The translations under genes and the position numbers were made by a program. DNA of 64,000 bases. Origin: Octopus bimaculoides. Its lineage: Eukaryota. The notes under the pieces were generated by a model. The model saw only the letters and a program-made list of their open reading frames with translations. It was not told where the DNA came from and searched no databases. The stretch spans positions 128,529,642 to 128,593,641 of the forward strand of contig NC_068981.1 in assembly GCF_001194135.2 (NCBI RefSeq), in the 5' to 3' direction. Shown here one piece after another: positions 37,770 to 50,862 of this stretch (positions are counted from its first letter, which is position 1; every line of letters starts with the position of its first letter).

Positions 37770-38202
37770 TTAATTGTAAAATATGACAACATCTCTGACA
37801 GCTGTTTCGATTCAGAAATCTTTAGATAATTGATTAAAATCATTATAAGATGAATCTCTTCAGAGGTAGTAAGGATGTACCAATTAGAAATGCATGTCGA
37901 GATAAAGGCTCTGAAAATGTTTACAAAAAGAGCCGGTGACAGAATGAACCAATCAAATATAGGGGAGAAAGTTGTGTATATTATTATGTCTTAAAGAAAG
38001 AAAAGAAGAGATTAATATAATCAACATGTATTTCTAATTGGTATATCTCAACATGTACGATATATTTCAACATGTATTTTTAATCAGTATATCCTTACTA
38101 CCTCTGAAGAGATTCATCTTATAAAGATTTTAATTTTATAAATAAATTAAAGATTTCTGAATCGTAACATCTGTCAGAGATGTTGTCATATTTTATAATT
38201 AA
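37770..38202. mobile_element. Inverted repeat of Penelope pLTR-like arms, each with a hammerhead motif
   Basis: Arms at about 37770-37897 and 38023-38202. Minus copy CTGAAGA gattc..gaatc GAAAC agct GTC (37797-37863); plus copy 38104-38175 has GTAAC atct GTC. Confidence 0.8.
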
Positions 38203-39785
38203 CTAGCAGTATAACCTGACGTTGTCCTGGTGTGACTTATTATGCCATCTACGATAAGTCTTGCTAGGTGAAAATCAACTAAAAAAGAAAGCCTTACAAC
38301 GAAAAACCCTTATGATGTAAATATGTTCATAATTCAAAAGACGATGAAATTAATAGGGAAAGTCTGAAGGCTGTTTTGCGTAACATTATTAAGTGTACAT
38401 AAATTTCATCAGTCTAATTGACTATACAAATGCTTGTGCAAAACAACTTTTTGCACTGCCTTGATTATACATAGCAGGGTAATTCCTTTTCGCAGGAGGT
38501 AGGACGGCAATTTCTGATGAAGCAATTGCTGGCAATCTGTTGCTACACAGTTCTGCCAGAATTCTATCAGATTGGGCAGTAGATGTTGATGCACCATTTT
38601 GCATTATGTTCAAAGTAGCTTCTGGAATGTGGTGAATTGCTGCAGTCTGTTGCTGTCTTTTTAAACTGGTTGCTTTCTTTCCTCAGCAAGCTCTCTTGTT
38701 TGGAGGCATAATCTATGTGCATATTAAACAGAACAACAAAAGTTATAACAGATGGCAGGGTCGATAGTTTTCACATTTCAGTAATTTTTCAGATTAACAC
38801 CCGCACAATTACATAACCCTAACCCTAAAACTCTAACCTTAAAACCCTAACCCTGACCCTAAAACCGTAACCGTAACACTAACCCTCATCGTAACCCTAA
38901 CCCTGACCCAAAAACTATAACCCTAACACCCTAGTGAAAATCGTGCAGGTGTTAATCTGAAAAATTACCCACATTTGTAATGAAGTTCACTGATTTGCAA
39001 TGTGTTGTCCATAAGCTCCGTAGTTTGTATATTTACAAAACATTGACGAACATGAGCTTGTGTGTACGTGCACGTGTATGCGTTTGAGAGAGCGAGAGAG
39101 AAGAGGGAGAGACGAAAAGAGAGAGAGGGGGAGAAAGGAATAGAGAACGGGAGCAATGAAGAAAGAGAAAGAGAGGAAGGGAGAACGGAAGACAGTTATA
39201 AAATAGCAATGCATGTGCATGTTTATATAAGAAACACACAGAAAGTAAATCTTATATCTATAATGTTGATGCGTGTATGTGTTTATGTGTATGTTGTTGT
39301 CACAGATCACATATGTGTGTGTTTTTACGTTTCTATGTTATGAAAAATATGTTAGAGGTAGAGGGATAGAAGAAAGCTATTAAATGGGAGAGAGGAAGAA
39401 GAACGAAGTAAGAGTGAAAAGGTAGAAGGAAAGAATAGTCTTAAAGCAAGTTAATCTATGACTTTGTATGTATCACTCTCTCTCTCTCTCTCTCTTTTTT
39501 ATTCTTACTCTGTATATTATATGTTGAGCGCGTGATCGATGTGTAAGAACGCCGATACAGGTAGAAGCGAAAAAATATAAAAGTTGCTAGAAACAACAGC
39601 CAAATCTCCCTTAAATCACACAAAGTAAACGGAGTTTTAAAAAATCTAATTACTGCAATGGAAAGTTCACATCTAGAAAATTCCATTGATGTAAAAATTT
39701 GTACGAAAAAGTGGAAAATGTGGATTTCTATAAACTTTTAAAAAGGCTTCACACAGATAAAGAATTTCAGCATTATATATTAAGA
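38203..39785 (-). mobile_element. Complete non-autonomous Helitron
   Basis: 5' A|TCTTAATATATAA at 39785; 3' hairpin caggacaacgtcagg plus CTAG|T at 38203; AT target site. Confidence 0.8.
38781..38968. repeat. Degenerate (TAACCC)n telomere-like array bracketed by 30-bp inverted repeats
   Basis: Arms 38781-38810 and 38939-38968 (2 mismatches); array 38814-38932. Confidence 0.85.
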
Positions 39786-40536
39786 TGGGCAACACACACA
39801 CTAAAAAAAAAAAAAAATGACAGGTATTTGTATATATGTGTGTATTAATGTGTATTCTGTGTGTCTCTCTCTCTATATATATATGATAGTAAGTAAATGC
39901 GTTTTAAGAAAGATGATTCAAAAAATTCAGTTTGTAGGGAATAAATGTTTGACTGTCGATCGTATTTGGAAGAGACTGACAGGTATTTGTATGTATGTGT
40001 TTATTCAGTTTTGATAATGAAATAGTTTTCTTTTACTGTCAGTTTTTCTCCTTCCTTTCTTTTTGTATTTGTTGTTGGATTGTTCGTAAAGGTTCATAAG
40101 AGAAAGTAGGAGCTGAAGGGATTTGTAAAGGTAGTAGAAAGAGGAAATTAGATTTTATTAGGGGGGCAAATGTTTATTTGTGTAGTTTTATGGATTTTAT
40201 TCGTTATTAAGAGTCATTTTGACTGAAAAAATGACGCAGTGACCTAACTAATTGTATTTAGAATATTAATTCTGATTCTTTAATCCAAGAAATTTGGAAT
40301 TGTGTAAATGTATGAATTTTAAACATACACACACACACAGAGAAAATCTGCCTTTTATAGATAAGATATAGATGTCTCATTCTATTTCGTATATAATTTA
40401 TAACTGTCCTATTGTTTCTGTCTACTCCTCTCCATCCTATCACAAGTTATCTTCTTTTCTTCAGCTCACATTTGCACAGCTAGTTTTATAATAATGATAA
40501 AAGGATTGAGTTTTATATTTTTGTATTTCTTCCTAG

Positions 40537-40746
40537 GATTTGGAACATTAACATTAAAAGATGGAAGCTATTACAAAGGAAACTTCTACAATGGGGAAAT
40601 AGAAGGCAGTGGTTTTAAATATTTTGCTGAAACAGACAATAAATATACTGGAGAGTTCAAAGCAGGAGAACTTCATGGGCAAGGAATAATGGAATACAAA
40701 AATGGTTTTGTTTATGATGGAAACTGGTGTGAAAATAAGAAAGAAG
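40537..40746 (+). CDS. MORN1: MORN repeat-containing protein 1, internal exon (210 nt, phase 1-1)
   Basis: ttcctag|GA...GAAG|gtcagc. Encodes GFGTLTLKDGSYYKGNFYNGEIEGSGFKYFAETDNKYTGEFKAGELHGQGIMEYKNGFVYDGNWCENKKEG: tandem MORN repeats, colinear with human MORN1 as recalled (GHGKLLFKDGSYYEG...). Confidence 0.92.
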
Positions 40747-41747
40747 GTCAGCATTCTTTATTCACAAAAATGCCAAAATTTAATAGCAGTTGAGGTAGTG
40801 GATTGGCGGATTGACAAATGAATTGTAGTATTTCAGTTATTTTTGTATATTCTGAGTTGAAATCCAGCAATGTCTTCTTTGCCTTCCATTCATCCACAAA
40901 CAATAGCATAGGTATTAATAATGCTGTTGATGATCAAATTATCCCTTTAACATTCAAACCAGCCATATCCACTCTATTTTACCTGTTTTATGGTCAAACT
41001 GGCCAGATCTGGCCTCTGCCAACTACCCTATAATGTTATTCTAAAAACGAACAATCACATCATCAAAATCTCAAAGCTAAAAGATAATGTATGATTAATT
41101 GAAAACAATGTGAATAAATAAGCATTACCTTTGACAGAATAATCTGAATGTTAAAGGGTTAAGTATTCTCCTTTTAGGCACAGGTATGGCTGTGGGGTTA
41201 AGAAGCTTGCTTCCCAACCATGTGGTCTTGGGTTCAGTTCCACTGTATTTATTTTGGGCAAGTGTGTTCCCCTACAGCTACACAGTGACCAAAGTCTTGC
41301 AAGTGGATTTGTTAGACAGAAACTGATAGAAGCCCATTGCCATTGATTGAAAGCTTCTAATTATCACTCATTTTCTTAGTCCTTTTTAGCAAAAGCAAAA
41401 CCAGTCAACTATGCAAAGTGAGCTTCTTAAACATACAGCCATGTCTGGAATGAAATATTTGACTGATAGCATCAAAGATTCAGCATCACCATTATTGTTG
41501 CAATGCTACCATTGCCATCATCATTGTTGCTGTCATCAACATCATTGTTGTCTTGTTGTCCTAGTTGTCGCTGTTGTCATCATCATCTTCTTCATCATTG
41601 CCATTCTACAACCATTTTCCATATTGGCATGGATTGGATAGTTCATCATAATCTAAGTCAATTCTTATTTGAAGTTGATGCCCTTCATGAAAGACTGAAG
41701 ACGTCTCTCTTGTATGTTAAGATAATTTCTTCTGTTTTTATTCCAAG

Positions 41748-41838
41748 GCTATGGAAAATTAAAGTTTCCAGATGGTTCTGTATACAAAGGCTACTTCCAT
41801 AATCACAAAAGACATGGCACAGGAACATTTGAAATGAA
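41748..41838 (+). CDS. MORN1: MORN1 exon (91 nt, phase 1-2)
   Basis: ttccaag|GC...ATGAA|gtaagt. Encodes GYGKLKFPDGSVYKGYFHNHKRHGTGTFEM, a MORN repeat; phase matches the previous exon. Confidence 0.92.
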
Positions 41839-41952
41839 GTAAGTTTGTCTCACATATTAATCAAGACTTTTAATCAATTTTTATCAGAGAACTTTCATCT
41901 AATTCTTCCAAATCTTTCTGTTAAAACTGTATTGAAACTATTTGTGGGGGAA

Positions 41953-44280
41953 TTTTTTTTATCACAGCAACTAGTCATACACCACAAGGTTTAACGGAGC
42001 ATACTGAAGCAAACCAGCACACTCGCAGCATTACCATGGGTGATGGCGAGGCTAAGGCGTTGGAAAAGCCAAGTGCCTTCACAGGTATCACCTGACACCT
42101 CAGTGAGGTGAGCTGCCAAAGGTGACAAGAACTTCACGGTTAGTGGCCCAGTCCCTCTGAACGTCTCAAATGCCACAGGTTGGAAGAGATAGTTCACTGT
42201 CAGTTCCCGATTCCTAAGGATTTTCTTCCATTTGGCTATGGAAGCAGTGACCCTCCCATTAACTGCAGCATTCAGGATGTGAGAGGGAGCAAAGGAGTCG
42301 CAGACTGTGGCATCCCAAATGAGGCACCTACCTCTACTCTAATCCAGGGACAGAAGGTAAGACCATCTGGTCTCTTTCCTCACTTCTGGATAACCCTGAT
42401 GGCTCCAGAACTGAGGGGATATTAATCCAGGCCAGGGCCTGCTTAATGATTAGGTTTAGCTCAATGTGATGAGCAAAGTGACCAGCATTTATGTGGAAAG
42501 ACAGACCGTGAAAACTTGTCGGGTGGAGGGGCCTACCACAGCAGCATCTCAGTCCCCTACAAATATCAGCTCCCACTGTGTGTGAGATGGAGATGCAGAG
42601 TTCATCTAGACCAAGTAGACTCCCAATGTTGGCCACAGGCAGAGCATCAATCCAGTCACTTGAGAATTTTGCACTAGCTGAAAGTAGGCAACACCTTGAA
42701 AATTAATTAGATTAATCAGAGAGAGAGTTGAAAAGGGCACCTGAACACAGATTGTCCCATACTCTCTGTTTCCATCTGTCTTCAACTGTATCTAGAACTG
42801 ACAAACCCAGCTCTCTTCACTGTGATAGAGCTTCATCCATCTCCCTGTTGGAATTGGTCCATGTTGGAGGGGAGAGAATGTTGCCTACCAAAAGGGAGCA
42901 AGTGTGGGTGGAGGAAAGAAAACAGAGAAGAGATAAAGATGAGCACTTGCACAGACCTAGATCCCCAAAACATTTGGGCAAAACAGCTTGGTCGCAGGAG
43001 TCTGGGAAAAGTTTGACATTGACCAAGCATTCAAGTTTCCTGAAGATTAGGTCATCAAAGTATTGGGAGATGACAGGAATCTGTAAGAGGGACTAACTCT
43101 CAGAAAATACAATAGCTTAGGAATTGACAAATAATTCCTAAGTATAAAAAAAACCTTGGTGGGGCTCAATTACTTCAAGATCTTTTAAAAGTTGCTTGAG
43201 GTTAGCTATTTTGGATGAACTCAAAAGCTAGGTCAGTAATTGGGGCTCCAAGGGAGCACCACACTGAAGAAAGAAGAATCGCAATTGAGGAGAGGGAGCT
43301 AGCAAATAGCTTAGTAGTCTGTTCATGCAAAGCTAGGTGGTTGAGGAGCCAGAGCTTGCATTTAGAGTTGTTAATACTAAGTCCTCTATGACTAAAATTC
43401 TCTATCATCATCCTCACAGTTGCAAGCACCTTGTTGGGACGGCCTCCCAAACAAGCATCATCAAGGTACCAGACATTTAGGTCTAGGTTGGTCCCTATCT
43501 TGGTAACATCATCAATACCCAATGCAAATAGGGCAGGACCAAGTGAATCTTCCTGTTGGTCCCCAGATACAGATGGGATGATGTAGTCACCAAATGAGAG
43601 GTAGGAGGGCTCCCAATAGGCTTGCCAAACAAAGTGATAAAACGGTGGGAAATTCTCCCTTACTGCACAGAGGATGGCATCTTGACTGATGGAGTTAAAA
43701 GCATTCTTAAGGTCAAGTTTGAGGATGACCTTTGGAGACTCAGAGGGAAAGTTGGTGAAAGTCCTGATGGCATGAGCAGCAGCCTCACAACCTAGCTTAG
43801 TACCCACTCCTAGCTGAATAGGGGAAAATTCCTTGGTCAGGCAGTTAGAAACTGGAGACAGGCACACTTTTGCTGTGAGCCATCACAGTGTACAGCCAAA
43901 TGTTATGAGGCAGAGGTCACCTTTGGGTCCCAAAGAACAGGGGACGAATGTAGGCAAGGACACTCTCAGACAAGAACAAGTTTATGAACTGTGTTAGGTT
44001 CTCCCAGAGTTCGAGCTCAGCATCACCAGCTGACTGAGATACCATCCTTGAGATGCTGAGGTCAAAAGCCATAGATCCCAGTGCCAGAACCTGCTGGAAA
44101 AGAGGCAATTGTCCTCCTGACATTGTCAGGGGTGAAGATGGGTTGCAGAAAACTTGGTGGGTCAGGCCAGTGTAGGTGATCATCTGGAGGGGCCAGAGGA
44201 TGTTACTCCTTCAGTTGGTTGAAGGAGTCTGTGGTACATGAAATGAGAGAGTACAGAGAGGAAAGAAGGCAAACAACCCC
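41953..44280 (-). mobile_element. CRE-clade (RLE) non-LTR retrotransposon, antisense in a MORN1 intron
   Basis: QLGVGTKLGCEAAAHAIR, KLDLKNAFNSI, SG.QQ.D.LGPALF, WYLDD, QAVLP...LG, CCCG, RPDG endonuclease, FQRLSLAITHGNAASV; A8 tail at 41953-41960. Confidence 0.85.
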
Positions 44281-44714
44281 TTTAATATCAAAATTGCTAA
44301 ATTTGGCAGCCTTTTTTATGTTACATGGTCGACTTTTGTTCGTGTTGAGCTGATGATTGACCTGAGATGAACAGTGGTTGGGATAGATTCAAGCAGCTCG
44401 AACTGCCATATCATGTGGAGGGAGACCAAAGGGAACAGGAACAGAACTTAATACATGTGCAAATCCAATGAACCAGGGATGGCATTTTTGTTGGCACAGT
44501 TTTATTATATTTGGCTGTACTTTCAACCACTGGAGGAAAAATAAGCTTTCAGCAAACCAAATATTAGTTTTATTTCCCAGTTTTATTTATTTCATTTTCC
44601 TTATGTTATTAGGTGCCAATGTGAATATACTTGATCATGACAACTTGCTATTTCTCAGCCCTACCACCACCACCACCATCCAAAATGAACCTGAAGAAAT
44701 ATATCAAAACAGTA

Positions 44715-45215
44715 CTCATCATCATCATCATCATCATCGTTTAACATCCGCTTTCCATGCTAGCATGGGTTGGACGATTTGACTGAGGACTGGTGAAACC
44801 GGATGGCAACACCAGGCTCCAATCTAATTTGGCAGAGTTTCTACAGCTGGATGCCCTTCCTAACGCCAACCACTCAGAGAGTGTAGTGGGTGCTTTTACG
44901 TGTCACCCGCACGAGGGCCAGTCAGGCGGTACTGGCAACGGCCACGCTCAAAATGGTGTCTTTTATGTGCCACCCGCACAAGAGCCAGTCCAAGGGCACC
45001 GGCAACGATCTCGCTCGAAAATCTTATGAAGGCCAGTTAGGCGGTACTGGCAACGGCCACGCTCAGAATGGTGCATCTCATGTGCCACCCGCACAAGAGC
45101 CAGTCCAGGGGCACTGGCAACGATCTCACTTGGCTTGCCAGGTCTTCTCACGCACGGCACATTTCCAAAGGTCTTGGTCAGTAGTCATCACCTCGGTGAG
45201 GCCCAATGTTCGAAG
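44715..45215 (-). mobile_element. Young RTE 3' end with an internally duplicated UTR module
   Basis: ggcggtactggcaacggccacgctca...gagccagtcca occurs twice (44925-45010 and 45040-45125). Confidence 0.85.
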
Positions 45216-46244
45216 TACTGTGGATAATATTAATTTGAATGAAACTCAATAAAATTTATTTTCTTAATATAGATCATCATTATCATCAATATCATCATCA
45301 TCATCATCATCATCATAGATCTATTTTCCATGTTGGCTTTGGCTGGACAGGTCATCACTGCCTGAATCAGTTAGTCATGCCTTATTTAAATTTATTGTAC
45401 TCCTAAATGTGTTAAAGGACTTCTTGCTTATACATTTGCTCTCTATGATGCTTATAAGGAAAATAGTATAAAACCAAATTGTGATATGTACATTCTATAA
45501 ACATAACATTTGGTTTCATATCAATGAATCTTGAAAACATTAAGTTATGTTAGCCAGCTAGCATTATTTGCTCCATCTACCCTAAGTCCAATGCAATTAT
45601 TTATACGAATGTTGTTTGTTGAGAAAATTTCAATTACATGATAAAACCTTTCACTAGTTGTTAATATAACACAAATTATACTTAAAAAGGATAACTGCAC
45701 TCCTTTGATGCTTCTGGCAAAATATATATAAGCATGTTTATTTTATGAGGCTTATATCAGTTGATTAAATTTGTTGATTAACGAGTGTTTTGATTAATGA
45801 TTCTTTGATTTATAATGAGTATTCAGATGTTGTTTTTAAGTCATCAGCTAACTCTTCAGGCTAAATCAGAGCAATAACATTTTTGGTTAAACTTATATTA
45901 AATGTTTGATGTCACTTAATACACTTTCTGTACAGTAACTTGCTATTTCATTAATTCGGCATCCACCAATCAAATACTACCATGTTTACTTTATTTATTT
46001 TCAAATTTTTTTCTCTTCTGCCTTTTGGGTACTAACCTTAATAAATATGTTTGAAAGTAGATTTGAGTTTTTACAACAATTTTCTGTCTTTCTGTTTCGC
46101 AGATTTGTCATGATCAGAGGTTTTTGTTGTTTGTTTTCCCTAGTGTATGTAACAAAATTCAACCTTTTAATATGAGAAAATTGTAAGTCAATGGAAACAG
46201 CCATTAACAATGGCATCCTTCAATACTTTGAATCTCTCTTTCTC

Positions 46245-46400
46245 TTCAGCAACTGCCAATATGTTTTCTACAGAGCTAGTTCCACTGGAGACCTTTTTTA
46301 TGTCACTCACCAATGGGCTTTCCCTTGAGAGAAAGTCAATGAAACCAATGTTGTTGCCCTAGACATCAGCAAAGCCTTTGACTGTATTTGGCTTGTGAAC
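46245..46400 (+). mobile_element. CR1/Jockey-group RT fragment
   Basis: QY.F...STGDL and VVALDISKAFD.IW motifs. Confidence 0.65.
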
Positions 46401-46644
46401 GTCCTATTGAGTCATATGTTCATAGAGCTCTTTCTTGCTCCATTCTTAATCAACTCTGATGAGCCCAGGGTTTGGTTTTGTTCTTCACTCTTTTCCTTCT
46501 ACAATCTACTTACCACATTCAATAATTCCCATTCATATCCAGATTATACAAGTCATCATTCTTACCTAACCTCCTTCAGTCATGCATCATTTACCAGTGA
46601 AGCTGCATAGCTAGGACTACATCCCAAAGGCTAGCTCTTCATTT

Positions 46645-46676
<32 letters not shown>

Positions 46677-47016
46677 CATATATACATATATATATATGCA
46701 GATAGGAAGTTACGTAGGTAGGTAGGTAGGTAGGTAGGTAGGTAGGTAGGCAGGCAGGTAGATAGGTAGGTTAGTCAGTCAGTCAGCTGGTTGGTCTGTC
46801 CATTGGTTGATCAGTTGGTCCCTTCCTTCTTTCTTTCCTTCTGTTCAAAGACCAATCAACACAGTTAGTCAATTAGGTATGAATGAAGAAAGTAAGATCA
46901 TAGAATTACATTTTAAGAAAACCTACAAAGAATATAGTTTACAAAGAGTCCAGGCAGGCTGGTGAACATACAGAGATGATGATGGTGGTAGTGGTGGTGG
47001 TGGTGGCGGCGGCGGT

Positions 47017-47072
<56 letters not shown>

Positions 47073-49929
47073 AGAGAGAGAGAGAGGAGAAATTTGTTAT
47101 AAATTATTTAATAATATCCAAAGTGAGAAAAGTGACTCCATTCAGAGGAAATTAAGAACCGCATATAATTAAGAAAATAGTCATGACATTCTAAGACAAT
47201 TAAGAAGCTTGTTATCTAACACCTTCATGCATTATGATACGGGTTACCAAGAACAGTTGTGTGCTATTTTAGAATGATACTCAATATTCTTTTCCATTAA
47301 AGGGAATTGTATATTGATATCCAGAGCCATCATATATTATTATGGTTTCCAAGCTAAAAATATAATATTCAAGATTTAAAAAAAAAGTCTAACATCAATT
47401 CATAAGGTATTCATATTGCTAATTTTTATCTGTCTAATGCAACCAAATCCCCTTTTAATCACACTCTACTGTCTTGAGAAAAGACACATTGGATAATGAT
47501 GTGTTGTCTCCATAATGAACAGAATGGTTGTGGCTGGAATAGCTTTGGTCTACTAGCATAGCTAGCAGGGAGCGTTAGGGGCACCACTTTTAAAGGGACG
47601 GCACTTTTAATCCTGTTGTAGGCTATTGCTGTAGGCAATATGTGTTTTTGTGGGGTCCTGGGGTGACAAAAAGGAGGGTTGCCCCAGACAGCACACACTC
47701 TAGCTACACTAGTGCTTTGGTCATAGGCCTGCTGGACCAGGGTTGACTTTAGGCTAATCAACAACTGTTCCACCACGCTACAACACTTCCAACAACAACA
47801 TTTTTACACACTTTCAAAATACCATCAGACTTATGTACATACAACAAAGATTATAGATTATAAAAAAGATTCAATAATGTTATCACTATTGCCTAATTAA
47901 TAGAGACGGCACACTTGTTCTGAACACCAACTGATCCCTGAAAAAATTTAGTACTTCAAGTCATCTACCTTATTAGAAATCAGTTGGTTTTATGCTGACT
48001 ACTCGTAGCAGCTACTACTCTTCACTTCTGATTTATCTGACACCACTAAGCAGAGGATCATCATCCTTCTAGGTATATCCTTCCATTTTCGTCTCACAAT
48101 CAAAGTCTGTAATCTCAAATCTTCTAAGTGAGTGACACACAGACATACTGCAGCAGTACAGGGAAAGAATACTACTACTGAAAGATAACCAGAAAAAGCT
48201 ATGAATGTATTTGTGCTTTACATCAGATATTCCAAACTTTCTTTATCATGGAACCCTCATACAATTTTCCAAAACTGCAGGACTATGGCTTATATTTTAC
48301 AAATGATCTCTATGAAATAATTCTTATAAGATAGATTTATATGAAATTTTAGTAAAAACTACTACAATGACTTTGGCTTAGCAAGTTATATACACCTCCA
48401 CCCAACTTCTCACCCTGTCTATTTTAACTTCTATGCCTTACGCTAAATGCTTTCTGAATAATTTCTACCTTGAACTGCATCCCTCTTTAGATCTCAGTCT
48501 ACTGAAGTAGACAAGTGAACTGTCTTTCAACTCACTAAACATAAAGTGTACAAAACCAACACATCCATAATTCACAAGTTCCTACATTTCAAGAATCCAT
48601 CCTCTCCCCTGCTATGTTTAAATTATGCCTAAACAACTTACAATCAACTCCTCAAAATACACCCACAGAGTCATACACAGATGCCATCCTACTCTCATCA
48701 TTCCCCAATATGCAGCTGCACAACTATTCCATCCCCATGCTAATCCCCAAGAAACACAATCCTAAACTGACAGAGCCTTTAGCATTCAGATTTCTTTATC
48801 AAATGTATTGCTCGTTTATTCACATTGTTTTGAATTAATCATGCATTATTTTGTAGCTTCAAAATTTCAATGATATGTTTGTATCATCATCATCGTTTAA
48901 CGTCCGCTTTCCATGCTAGCATGGGTTGGACGATTTGACTGAGGACTGGTGGAACCCGAAGGCTACACCAGGCTCCAATCTGATTTGGCAAAGTTTCTAC
49001 GGCTGGATGCCCTTCCTAACGCCAACCACTCCAAGAGTGTAATGGGTGCTTTTACGTGTCACCGGCACAAAATTTTTAGAATAACATTATAGGTTAGGTG
49101 TGAGAGGTTAGATTTGGTCATTTAACATAAAACAGGTAAAATATCTTGGCCGAATTTGACTGAATTAAATGCTAAAGGGTTAAAGCAGCACCAACCAATT
49201 TCCCTTGTCTCTCTTCTTATTCACAATGCCAGAGAACATCAATAACTACCAAGCATCACAATCAACAACATAAACATACCATACACAGGATAAAAAAAAT
49301 ACTTGGGGTTATGTAAAACACATCCAAAACATTCAAAATACATGTAGAATATAAAAGAAAGTCAAATTAAACACAAAGATACTTAGAACAATGACAGGTA
49401 ACACATTTGGTCAACAGAAGAAAACAGTAATAGTGGTATACAAGCAATATATAACTCTACGGGTTATGCAAGTCCTCCCTGTACTCCTAATTTCTCTCCA
49501 ACAAATTGCAATAAATTACATGTGGTTGCTTAGCCTGAAATAAATAGCAGCTAAATGCCTCATCAAACCATACTGTTTTTTTTTTTAAAAAAAGGTAGGG
49601 TATTGGATAATGTAGCCAGGACAAAAAGATGACATACTTATGTTTGGAACATCTTCGTTTATCTGTAGATCTTCTCAGTCAGGGTCGATTTGTGTCTGAA
49701 CAATGAAAACGGCAAGAATAAGCAAAGGTACATTTGAGAATGTTGTTCTAGGTATAGTATATCTGAATAAAAAGACAAGAATCACTGACAGAACGTCTTT
49801 GATTATGGTTCTGCTTGATCAAGGCTGACCTGGAGTTTTACAACAAAATAAACTAAAAAAAAAATACACCACAAAACATCTTGATTAGATAGCACACGGT
49901 TATTATTGATAAATTATCTCTACTTTCAG

Positions 49930-50017
49930 AAATGGTACTACATATACTGGTGACTGGATATGTGATCGCCGTCAGGGCCAAGGACACATAAACTATTTGG
50001 ATGGGTCAGAATATGAG
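49930..50017 (+). CDS. MORN1: MORN1 exon (88 nt, phase 2-0) with GC donor
   Basis: tttcag|A AAT GGT...TAT GAG|gccagt. Encodes (K)NGTTYTGDWICDRRQGQGHINYLDGSEYE. Not in the ORF track; phases fit both neighbours only with the GC donor. Confidence 0.88.
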
Positions 50018-50815
50018 GCCAGTATTAAATTCATCATCATCATTATTGTCTTTATCGCTGTTGTCATTATCATCATCATCAACATCTTAATATTTTTTGT
50101 GATAGCATTATTTGAACATGTATACTGCACGGCATATTGCCATTCATATAAGTTTCATATGCATATGTGTGTGTACGTGTTGTGAATGTGTGTCTTTGTC
50201 AATGCCCCCACCACCACTTGACAACCAGTTTTGATTTGTTTGTGTCCCTATAACTTAGCAGTTCACTTAAAGGAACCAATAGAAGAAGTACCACACTTAA
50301 AAGAATAAGTACTGGGGTTAATTCATTTGACTAAAACCCTTCAAGGTGGTGTTCCAGCATGACCACCATTCAATGATTGAAACAAATAAAAGATAAAGGA
50401 TATAATCCAACCCTTTAACATTTAAACCAATGATATCCAGCCAAAATAATCTACCCATTTTATGCTCAAACTGGCCAGATTTGGCCTCTCGCATCTGCTC
50501 TACAATGTCATAATAAAAACATACAATCACATCATCAAAATTTCAAAGCTATGACATCATGTATAATTAATTCAAAACAATGTGAGTAAATAAGCATTAT
50601 ATTTGACAGAATAATCTGAATGCTAAAGAACTAAGGTATACTTTATTTTTAATAAGGCATGGCTGTGTGGTAAGAAGTTTGCTTCCCAATCACTTGTTCC
50701 TAAGTTCAATCCCACTGTGTAGCACCTTGGGCAAGTGTCTTCTACTATAGCCTCAGGCCAACTAAAGCCTTGTGAGTGGATTTGGTAGACAGAACTAAAA
50801 GAAGCCCGACGTGTG

Positions 50816-50862
<47 letters not shown>

